This document shows, piece by piece, positions 15,301 to 27,300 of a stretch of DNA of 64,000 nucleotides (positions within the stretch are counted from its first letter, which is position 1; each line of letters starts with the position of its first letter). Source of the DNA: Octopus sinensis (lineage: Eukaryota); NCBI RefSeq assembly GCF_006345805.1, contig NC_043007.1, forward strand, positions 26,164,001 to 26,228,000, in the 5' to 3' direction. Below the pieces are notes generated by a model, which was given only the letters and a program-made list of their open reading frames with translations, did no database searches and was not told the origin of the DNA. The position numbers were made by a program, and so were the translations under genes.

Positions 15301-18300
15301 TGACACCAATAATGCATGCAGTTAAAAAGGTAGGCACACAACAAACAGAAAATTTCTTGTCAGTTTTGAATATGATGTTAATTTATTAATTGTATGTTTT
15401 GCCATCAGATGTAGAGGGTTTGTTGGACAAATCGAAATCGAATTGAACCAGCCAGGACCCCTGGACTGGTGGTACGTAAAAAGCACTATCCGACTCGTGG
15501 CCGATGCCAGCGCCGCCTCGACTGGCTTCCGTGCCGGTGGCACGTAAAATGCACCAATCCGACCGTGGCTGTTGCCAGCCTCGCCTGGCACCTGTGCAGG
15601 TGGCACGTAAAAAGCACCCACTACACTCACGGAGTGGTTGGCATTAGGAAGGGCATCCAGCTGTAGAAACATTGCCAGATAAGACTGGAGCCTGGTGCAG
15701 CCTTCTGGCTTCCCAGATCCCCGGTCGAACCGTCCAACCCATGCCAGCATGGAGAACGGACGTTAAACGATGATGATGATGATGATGATGAGTGTGAGAC
15801 GACTGTTGTTATCGTTAGGCCTAACTCATTGTAAGGTGAATACCACCATGACTGATATCCAAACTACAGTGGAGAAGGCTAGCCACTAGATTTGGTTTAA
15901 AAGAGACGATGAGCGATAACTAGAGAAATATTAAGCTTTATTTAATAACCAGTTGATCTAGCAAGCAGGGCCTCATATCAGTGAGCGGGGGCCGGTGCAC
16001 ATAGATGCTGTCAAGTGGTAGGTCCTGAAACGGCGCACATTCTCTCCTGATGACCCCATACACTTGCTGTTTCGCTCATAAATACACACATTGCCTGGTC
16101 TGAGATTCGAACCTGCGATCCCTCGATCGTGAGTCCGCTGCTCTAACCACTAGGCCATGTGCCTTCACATCCAGCCTGTTACCACTTGCATATTGTGGTG
16201 TTCTAGTATTTGTGAAAATCTTAACCAATTAAACAGTATTAAACAATACAAATACACCAAATTATTAGTAGTAACAACCATTCAAACTAATCCTTTTTTA
16301 AAAAATTTTATTATTTACTCTCATTTACCCCCACATGTTCAATTCCCTCTCCTCTGCTCCTTGCTCTCTATCTCATCTCTCCTATTTCCTCTCTACTTCT
16401 CTACTCCACTGCTCTGTCTATCTTAGCTGTTCTCTGACACTCTCCTACACCTCTTACCCCCTCCTCTTTATCTTCTTTTGGTCTCTCTATCTCTCTCTCA
16501 CATTCTAATCAGCCTCTTTACTCTCCTTTATCTCTTTCTTTAGAGAGCTCTCTCACTCTTTCCTCTTTTCTAACCCTACCCTCTCTAATTCTTCTAGATT
16601 TCTCTCTCACTCCTTTACCTCCATCTCTCCTCCTCACATTCTAATCGGCCTCTTTACTCTCCTTTATCTCTTTCTTTAGAGAGCTCTCTCTCACTCTTTC
16701 CTCTTCTCTTACCCTGCCCTCTCTAATTTTAGATTTCTCTCTCACTCCTTCATCTCCATCTCTCCTCCCCACATTCTAATCAGCTTCTTTACTCTCCTAT
16801 ATCTCTTTCTTTAAAGAGCTCTCTCTTTCCTCTTCTCTAACCCTGCCCTCTCTAATTCTTCTAGATTTCTCTCTCACTCCTTCACCTCCATCTCTCCTCC
16901 TTCTTCATTCTATTAACCCTTTCGTTACCAGCCTGGCTGAAACCGGCTCTAGCTCTGAGTACAAAATCTTCCACCAAACCTTAGTCACAACTTATGTTCC
17001 TATCACTAGCTTAATGATAACTAAGTTATTTTGCTAAATTCTTTGTTATATCTAAAGTAATTTAAAGAAACACAGAGCACCTCAAAATAAATGCAGTAAT
17101 GAAAGGGTTAAACTTGATTAAACTAGCTAAATGTTAATCATTAATATTGCTGTAAATGTGAAACGGATGATGACAAAAATTTCTGTTCTCCGTTTAGAAT
17201 GACATCAATATAGTGAAGTTGCTGCTGAACTATGACTACCATCCAGAACAGAACAAAGACGTGAACAAAGCCGATCAACACTTGACCAAGAAGACATCTC
17301 GACAGGTATTTAACCTCAAGATGATCGATCTGGAGAACAAAGCACCACAGACCAATGGCAACAACTTTGCCGATGATGATGCCAATGACGGAAGGGCCTC
17401 AGCCGGTGCTGATGGCTCTGATTCTGCTGACAAAGAAGCCGACATAGAAAACGGAGATGGGCACAGTAGTGACGAGGAAGGGGACGATGAGGAGCAGGAT
17501 GCTGACGCAGCGGACGCTGCCACAGAGAGCAGCGGGAGAGGCAGCGACGAGGAGAAAGATGATGAGGACGAGGACGACGGTGGTGATGATGAGGACGGGG
17601 ACGAGGATGAGAATGCCGACGACAACAATGATGATTATGATGACGGACATGACACAGATGAACTAGAAGATGAAGAAGTTGATTTTGCGCCCCAAGACAA
17701 GAAACCGGTTCTCCCAAGATTGAATTCCAAAGCTTCATCACAACTGAAATTGGGGAGCCAATCATTAAGCCTCAGATTTGGTAAGGATTTTATGTTAATT
17801 ATATTGATTTTATGTTAATTATATTAATTTTATGTTAATTCTCTGTTAATTATGTTAATAGTTGTAATTTACTGTTGTTTAAACCTACGTCACTCCTCAT
17901 ACAATATATCTCTAATTAAAAGAATCTCTGCTATGATATCCCTGTCTTTTAGCCAGGCAAAGTGTATCTAAGATTACATTATCCAGTGTAGGCCTTCTTT
18001 TATGACAGCAAGATGTAATTAGTAGAAATATGATAGCTATTTCTTGCAGGTCATGTAACCATATAGAGGCTCTGTTGTCTGTTTTTCTGTGTATGTGTGT
18101 ACACAGACAATATATATGCACATGTATATTATGCATATAATATACATGTAAATCATACCTGTGCCTTGTAGTTGTTGATGGTACCATGTAAATGGCACCT
18201 GGGAATTATCACGGTCGTTGCTGGTGGTACATAAAAGCACCCATTACGCTCCTGGAGTGGTTGGCATTAGGAAGGGCATCCAGCTGTAGAAACCGCATCC

Positions 18301-21300
18301 AGCTGTAGAAACCACAAGACTGGAACCTGGTGCAGCTCTCTGGTTTGTCAGCTCCATCAAACTGTCTAACCCATGCCAGCATGGAGAGCAGACGTTAAAT
18401 GATTATGATGAAACTGTATTGAACCTCATCATATGTTTGATGCCTGTGGCACTTGTTACCATCTGAGCAAAGCAGTGTAGTTAAGAATTATGTTTTTTAG
18501 CATGTGGTTTCTTGTTCAATCCCATTGTGAGGCAGTTTGGGCAAGTATCTTCTATGGTTATGGGTTGTAAGTGGAATTGGTAAATAGAAACTATATGGAA
18601 GCCCATCATATGTGAGTATGTTACCATTTTAGTAAAACAGTGATATGATGTTTACATTGATGTTACGGCTAAGTTGCTTTGTACCTTTTGAAGACCAGTG
18701 GAATAATGACTACCTTGCTTGAAGTCCAGGCCAGAATAGGTGACCAGAGAGGCATCTAGCTATAAAATGCTGCCTAGGATAACGTCTCCGTTCAATCCAT
18801 GCTAACATGAAGAAATGCACATTAAATGTATGAACGAATTCTAATTTATTTAGGTATGGATTTCGTTCAGAATTACTCTAAAAATTTCCTAAAATTTAAT
18901 CCTATCTCTTGTTTCAGACAATATCCCTACGGTTGAGAAGACCAGTAGTGTGAATTTGAACTACACTGACAATGATGGACGGACCGTCCTACATCATCTT
19001 GTATGCCCTCTTGAGTATGGTACCTATGATAATGATGAAATCCTGTATGTGCTCTTCAAAGCTGGTGCACCCCTAGAATATGAAGATACTGCTGGCTTAT
19101 CTCCCTTGAAGCATACTTTGATGAATGGAGCACCTAGACTAGCTCGTATGCTGCAGAAACTTACAAATGTTGAGCGAGATAAATGGGTAAGCATCTCGAG
19201 ACGTTTCTGCTGTTTTTGTTTTTCGTCTTCTAATATAACTTTGCTGTCATTGATAATGACGATCATGCGATGTCTGTTGGATGATATATCTGTTGTGGCA
19301 GATTTGTGAAAGACGGCGAGCTGGCAGACTCGTTAGCACGCCGGGCGAAATGCGTAGCCGTATTTCGTCTGCCGTTACGTTCTGAGTTCAAATTCCACCG
19401 AGGTCGACTTTGCCTTTCATCCTTTCGGGGGTCGATAAATTAAGTACCAGTTACGCACTGGGGTCGATGTAATCAACTTAATCCGTTTGTCTGTCCCCTC
19501 TGTGTGTAACCTCTTGTGGGTAGTAATAAAATAGATATTTGTTGTGGCAGATTTTCTATGGTCAGCTGCTGTTTCTGCCAGCCTTCACCTGTTGCCAAGT
19601 AACATCATATTTTCCATAGTCAAGCATGTTTTTTTCACAGAAGTGCCAAGAAAACACTACTGCATTGCACATTCCCTGAACATGTATATCCAAAAGCTGT
19701 GCCTCACTATTCTGTGACAATTTCATCTCAATCGAAGGAGAGGGGCTTTCTCTGTCCGGGTTGCGGATCTGTGGAATAAGCTGCCGGATGAGATAGTGAA
19801 GATGCCGACAACCGCTCAGTTCAAAGACTCCCTTGACCAGAAATGGCCTGAACTCTTTGCATGAACACCCTCCCTGTACATAACTCCATGTCCCCCTACA
19901 TGGCCTTGCTTTTGCTTTTTGAGCCAGAAAATTAACTTAATTTAACTAAGGAGAGCTTACAAGGTCATGGACACTATCAGTTCCTCTGGACCTAGCAAAT
20001 AGAGAAAAAAATTCCTTCTGCCTTGGGGTAGCCATTTTAACACAGCTTTTGTCTGCCTTAGAATAAATCTAAAATGAACAAACCTACTAGGATTAATTTT
20101 ATTTTATGATGAAAAAAATTTTGTTCAATGATATAAATGCAATTTACTTTTAAATACATTTTTATGAATAAATCAGAAACATGGGTTTTAATTTAATGTA
20201 AAGGAATTACAACCGTGTTTCGTGGTCTGCTACCACAACAGCTCCTTTATAGGATCCAGTTAGCTCAAGACATCATCAGGAGGAACCACGTCCGGTTTCG
20301 GCCCCTACTCCTCTACCGTTTTGACGTGGCGGGGCTCCCCCTTTCGGAGGTGTCTTCAGCTCTGGTGTTGGGTGCATGTCTTCTTTCTTCTGTTCCCTGG
20401 CCTCTTTGATGTATAGTCAGCGAGTGTCAGCAGGTGACTGACTGACTTGTCAAATTTTTCCCTTTAAATACCTGCATTCATAAATGTGTATATGTATGTA
20501 TAAGGCTGCGAGCTGGCAGAAACGTTAGCGCGCCGGGCGAAATGCGTAGCCGTATTTCGTCTGTCGTTACGTTCTGAGTTCAAATTCCGCCGAGGTCAAC
20601 TTTGCCTTTCATCCTCTCGGGGTCGATAAATAAAGTACCAGTTTCGCACTGGGTCGATTTAATTGACTTAATCCGTTTGTCTCCTCTATGTTTAGCCCCT
20701 TGTGGGTAGTAAAGAAATATATATGTGAACGTGTGTGTTTTGTAATTTAAAACTAAGATGGCAGTTCATGATTTAAGAAAGGTTCAGATTCTTTTCCTTG
20801 CAAGTTGGGTCACTGCTAATCACTTATGTTGTCTCATTATTTTGTAGTCTCATCAATTCTGTTTTTTTTTTTTTATTTCATTTTCATTGTTTTTTTTTTT
20901 CTTTTAAAGGAGAAACCAACTTTTACATGCTTAGGTGAAACTGATACGTTAATCAGCTCATTGCCAACTGTAAACTTTGAAGAAGATAGTCAATCTATGG
21001 TGGTTCTGCTGAATCAAAATGCTGCTACATGCAATGATAGAGATAACAAACCTGTACCTGACGCTAATTGCAATATTAAAGCAAGTGGGTAAGTATATTT
21101 GGGCTCAATGCAGAGCTTTAATACATTTCAAATGTAGAGTATATAATTTTTTTTTAAATCTTGATTCAGACATTAAATAGTTGTATCTTTCTCAGTGTAT
21201 ATACAGATACGATTCATCAGTGATTACAATTTTGACCCCTTTATGTGAAATATCAAAAAAGTATTGGGGTGAATTAAATTGTCTATACTCATTTTAAAAA

Positions 21301-24300
21301 TAGTGGCCTTGAGTCTGAGAAATTATTATTAATTATTAATAATATTAACCCTTTTGTTACCAGCCTGGTTGAAACTGGCTCTGGCTCTGTAGTACAACTG
21401 TCTTGTTTTCTTAAGTTTTGAATTAAAAGCTTCCACCAAACCTTAGTCACAATTAATGGTTTCTGACACTAGCTTAATGATAAGTAAGTTATTTTACTAA
21501 ATTCTTTGTTATATCTAAAATGATTGAGAGAAACACAGAGCATCTCAAAATAAATACAGTAACGAAAGGGTTAAGGTGGCGAGCTGGCAGAATTGTTAGC
21601 ACATCAGGCAAAATACTGAGTGGCATTTCTTCTGGTTGTTATGTTCTGAGTTCAAATTCCACTGAGGTTGACTTTGCCTTTCATTGCTTTGCAATTGATA
21701 AAATACTTACCAGTTAACCTCTGAGGCCAATATAATTGACTACTTCCTTTCCTAAAATTGCAGACCTTGAGCTTAGAGTAGAGAGAATTATATTATTATA
21801 TTATTTGTCCAATCCATGCTAGCATGGAAAGCGGACACTAAATGATGATGATGATGATGATGATGATGAAAACTGTCCCATTTGTTTATTGCAGTGAAAT
21901 CGTGTATGATACAAACCAAAATTTACCTTACGATATTCTACTAACCAAAGTAGATGTCTGCTGTGGTGTATGGGGAATGTATAATTTTTATAAAATGCAG
22001 GTAAGTTCTAAATCATTTTTTTCTGACTTGAATTTTGAATAAAAGATTGCAAATCAATGATTTACAATTTTTTTTCTAATGTAGTGTTTGATGTTTACAT
22101 CCAAATTTCTCTGCTAGCATGAGTCGGATGAGTAGCTTATTACTACTTTTACCTCTTCTTCTCATGTCTTCTTCTCCTGTTGGCTTCTCCCATCTGTATG
22201 TTTCGGCACTTGGGCCTACCGTCATCCTTTATGTATCTCATATCTGCAGTAGTGTAGTCAATTCCTCTGGTGCTCATTTTCCTTCCCTCTCAGCTCATTT
22301 GTTCATGCCAGCATTACACATCTACCATAGTACTCTCTTATTTCCAGCCTTTACATTTGTTCTGCATTCAATGCCCATGTTTCACTTCCATGTTCCATGT
22401 AGTTAAGTTTTTAGTTGCCTCTCTAATCCTAATGTTGTTCTCAACAACATCAAATTTCTTAGAGGCTTCAAAGGTGCTCTTTTCAGCAAATTCTTTAATT
22501 TTGCACTATAAACAATTATGCCTTCTTTACATTCTTTTGTTATAAGAATGTACACCTAAGAGGGCTTTTTTTCACGAGTGGCATCATAATTTAACATGCA
22601 CTTTTTCTTGCTTGCATGGATCAGACAGAATTTGTCATGGCAGGTTTTCAATGATCAGATACCCTTCTTGTTGCCGACGCTCACCTATTACCAGGCAAAA
22701 TAATCAACCCCAAGACTTATTCTTTGTAAGCCTAGTACTTATTCTATCGGTCTCTTTTGCCGAACCGCTAAGTTACGGGGGTGTAAACACACCAGCATCG
22801 GTTGTCAAGCGATGTTTGGGGGACAATCACAGACACACAAACATATACAGAGACACACACACATATATATATATATATACATATACATGACGGGCTTCTT
22901 TCAGTTTCCATCTACCAAATCCACTCACAAGGCTTTGGTTGGCCCGAGGTTATAGTAGAAGACACTTGTCCAAGGTGTCACGCAGTGGGACTGAACCTGG
23001 AACTATGTGGTTCATAAGCATGCTGTTGTGTGATATTATAAGCTGGTGAGCTGACAGAATTGTCAGTATTTTGTCCCCCTTTACATTCTGACTTCAGATT
23101 CCTCTGAGATCGCTTTGCTTTTTATTCTTTCAGGATCAATAAAATAAGTACCAGTGGAGTACTGGAGTTGATGTAATTGATTTACCCACTTCCTTGAAAT
23201 TGCTGGCCTTGTGCCAAATTATGAAGCCATTATGTTTTATAATATTATTCACCTCTTTTATTGTAGATTGTACGACAAAAAGACAAGGACATATATATTT
23301 TGTTCACACGTTGGGGTCGTATTGGAGACAGAGGTCAATTCCAGCACACACCTTTTGCTGTAATTGAGGATGCTGTTAAAGAATTTTGCAAAGTCTTTAA
23401 ATCGAAAACAGGCAATGACTGGAACAAAGTCAAAGCGTAAGTTTAATAGTGTTTTTTTCTAGGCATTGTTTTTTAAAATTTTTTTTTTTTTATCCCTTTT
23501 TTTTTCTTTCAGAAGAAACAAATTATATCGTTGCTGTGTTGTTACTGTAATTTTGTGTTCTTCATTTTAGATTCAAGAATCACCCCAAAAAATATCGCCT
23601 CGTAGAAACCGAAGAACGCCAAAAATGTATGAAGAAAACCAAGATAAATTTTGATCTCAATTCTGAATTACCCTCAAAGCTTCCTCCACGGTTACAAGAA
23701 CTCATTAAAGAGTTGGTAAGGAACTTAGTATTTTATTTATCTTATTTAAAATTTACTTTTGTTACACTAGAGGTGAACCTCCTTTCTACTTTTATTCCCT
23801 TTTTATTAGAAACAGTGCTCCCTGTCTTCTTTGGCATGGTTTTTACTACTGTGTGCCCTTCCTAATGCCAGCCACTTTTACAGACTAGACTGGGTACTTT
23901 TTACATGGTAACAGTACCTGTGACGTCACTTGATGACTTGCAAGACAAAGATCCCTTTAATAAAAGTGGAGAGTGGTATTGAGGGCAGTGGCTTTGTACC
24001 AGGTGATGAGAGGTTAGAGTATGAGAGAGAGATGTGGAGGAGGTACACGACTACCCCAGCTGGAAAGAGTGCGAGAGAGAAGGAGAGAGAGAGAGCTAGT
24101 GGTTATGTGCCAGGGCATACTCTAGGTCTTTTAAATTTATAATATTTTCATGAAGGCATTATGTCTTTTTGGGATGCTGTGTTTGTTTATTTTATTCATT
24201 TTGTTTTATTTTGTTTATCCTTTCAGAGCAATGTAAAGATGCTGTCTACAGCATATGGCCTGTGTGGAGTGGATGCTGAGATCATGCCATTCGGACAAAT

Positions 24301-27300
24301 TAAAAAACCTGCTTTAATTGAAGGCTTGGACATTTTACATAAACTCAAGTTTGTATTCCTTTTTGCTGTTTAATTGATTATCGATATTTCACTGTGCAAC
24401 ATTTTTTTTTTGTCTTTGGTCAGCAAGTGTCATTTCCTATTTGCTATTATCAAAGGAAATTACTACTATTCCCTCTAAATTTTGCTTTTGTGACCTGGAC
24501 ATCAACGTTTTGAAACTGTCCTATTTCCCATTACACGGAGTGGTTGGCGTTAGGAAGGGCATCCAGCCGTAGAAACACTGCCAGATCTGACTGGGCCTGA
24601 TGAAGCCTTCCGGCTTCACAGACCCCAGTTGAACCGTCCAACCCATGCTAGCATGGAAAACGGACGCTAAATGATGATGATGATTTCAGACAGATTCAGT
24701 GCTTACTTGCTGAAGCAGAAATATCGTTATTGCAAATATTCTGCTTAATACCACAGACTTGCTTGTCAGTTGCTTGATCGTAACCACTTGAGCATGTTCC
24801 TCAGTGGCTGACAATATGTTCATTTCTGATCATGAGCAGGAGTAGTGGAAGAGCGTCATAGCCCTGTGTTGAGAACGAATCTTTGGGGTTTGAATAAATG
24901 TAACAAAAGCAAAGTCTGAAAGAAAAAATTAACCATTTTTCCTACTTTCTAGGGGGTAAGCAAATAGACAATAACAGTTGCTATCCAAGGACAAAAATTG
25001 TGTTGCACAGTACTAATGATTGGTTCGATTGACACTGGGCTTTTTGTTGTGTGGTGGGTTTTTGTTATTTTAACTACTATACAATAATAAATCTCTGAAC
25101 AAGATATAAGTCAGATAATTATTCAGATAAGCTCAATTTCTTTGCCTGTTCAGTTTTTGACTCATTCTTTGTCATCACTGAGTATGTCACTGATCAGTTA
25201 ATTGATTGGCAGTGTTCACTTTGCTGACAGCAATTTCTCTACAGTATTTGCATACCTCCTGACATTGACAAAGATTTTGTTGTGTCTGGGGAGAGTCATT
25301 TTCTTTTTGTGCCTTATAATGTAACACACTCACCAGTAAAATCTCCACTTATTTCTTATTTTTATTTTCTTAAAATTTTCGTTGCATCTTGCAACCTTTT
25401 CAATAGTCTTGACTTTCATTATAAGGCACAAAAAGAAAATGACTTCTCCCCAGACACAACAGAATATGCTTCAACTCACGAACTCATATTAAGAATTTTG
25501 CAAACCAAATCCAAAAATGAAATATTGTCAAAGATATACCAAAAATATCCAAAAAAGAAAAAAGACTTTTTTTTTTGTTAAAGTACTGTTCTTGGGTTAT
25601 TGAATTGTGGCTAATTTCATTACAAGTTCAATACCTGTTTATTTTCTAATTTTCCATCAGGGAGCTTATTGAAATGATCGATAAATCAAAACCCTCTACT
25701 GGACCAAACGAAGAATACCAAAAGAACTGTGAAAAAGTAAGTTTTTCTTAAAATTTCAGACGTATCCTTTTAGCATTCAGATTATTTAGTCATATGTAAT
25801 GCTTATTTATTCACATTGTTTTGAATTAATCATACATTATCTTGTAGTTTTGAGATTTCAATATGATTGTTTATTTTTAGAATGACATTGTAGGGTAAGT
25901 GTAAGAGGCTGTATCTGGCTGGTCTAAACAAATGTAGAACATTTGGGCCTGATGTGATTGGTTTCCCAGCAAGCCAAATGAGACCATAACCTGTGGCCTA
26001 TGCCGGGAGCGTAACCAGCCTGCTTATGCATACCTTTTCCTTCTTTGATCACTAAACTCTGCTTGTGAAGACCTGTTGAGGCAAGTGAAATCAAAATCAA
26101 ATTCGATGACTGGCATCCGCGCTAGCGGGGTGCAAAGAGCACCATACGAGTGTGATCGTTGACAGAACGGCTAACCGGCGTCCGTGCCAGTGGCACATAA
26201 AAGGGCACCATTCGAGTGTGATCGTTACCAGCGACGCCTTACTGGCACTTGTGCCCGTGCTAGTAGGGTGCCAAGAGCACCACCCAAGCGTGATCGCTGC
26301 TAGAGCAGCCAACTGGCTTCCGTGCCAGTGGCATGTAAAAAGGCACCATTCGAGTGTGATCGTTACCAACATCGCCTTACTGGCACATGTGCCAGTGGCA
26401 AGTGTAAAAAGATTCAAGCGAGGTCATTGCCAGTACTGCCTGACTGGCGCCTGTGCCGGTGGCATGTAAAAAGCACCCACTACACTCACAGAGTGGTTGG
26501 TGTTAGGAAGGGTATCCAGCTGTAGAAACTCTGACAAATCAAGATTGGAGCCTGGTGCAGCCATCTGGTTCGCCAGCCCTCAGTCAAAATCGTCCAACCC
26601 ATGCTAGCATGGAAAGCGGACGTTAAACGATGATGAAAGTACAGCTGACAACCTGATTTCTTCACTTCTTGTCTTTTCAACGACACAGTTATCTTCTTCC
26701 TATTAAGGCAGCAAGTTAACAGAATCATTAGTGTCAATCTCTTGTGGTATTCATTTTGACAGCACATTCCGCCAAGGTCAATTTGGTCTTTTTGCCCCTT
26801 TTGGGGGATTGTTGACAAAATAAAGTATCAATCTAGGACAGTGGGTTGGCACGTCTATAAGAACACCAGACTACATGACTTACAGCATTAGTTTTGGTCT
26901 CTTTGCATTGTGATTTAAAATTTTGCCATAGTCAACTTGGCTGGTAGACTTTATGCAAGAGAAACCCTTCTGATCAAAATTTCATGTTATGTTCCAAACA
27001 CTAGATAAATTAATGACAATTATTTTGCTAAATTCTTCATTATTTTCAAAATTTAATTGAAATAAAAGCAGTGTCTTTCATTGGCAATATTGTAACAAAA
27101 GCGGCAAGTAAAACCAACCAAATGCTTTAACACAATCACTTCCTAGTGTTATATTTGCCTGTTTTCTATTTTCTTACAGATAGCTAAATTAAGCAATGAA
27201 TATTTCCACTTAATACCTCTAAAAGGATATGAATTTGAAAAAATCCGGCCGATTTATACTAAGAGTTCTCTGAAAAGTCAAATGAAAATGGTTGAAAATC

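Noticed and set aside
16020-16056. GAAAC..CTGATGA as a type II hammerhead
   Set aside because: No helix III pairing or NUH triplet can be drawn
17306-17311. Internal cag|gtattt donor that would skip the acidic tract
   Set aside because: Phase 0 is incompatible with the phase-1 acceptor of exon 12 and would frameshift
17500-17680. Acidic tract as an exonised (GAT)n tail of family C
   Set aside because: No family C body sequence adjacent, and codons are mixed GAC/GAG/GAT
17275-17765. Ser-rich and His/Arg-rich antisense ORFs over exon 11
   Set aside because: Shadow frames of the GAY/GAR-rich sense exon
25762-25770. GTATCCTTT U12-type donor
   Set aside because: Not at an exon boundary; it is the degenerate left end of a TTAA MITE
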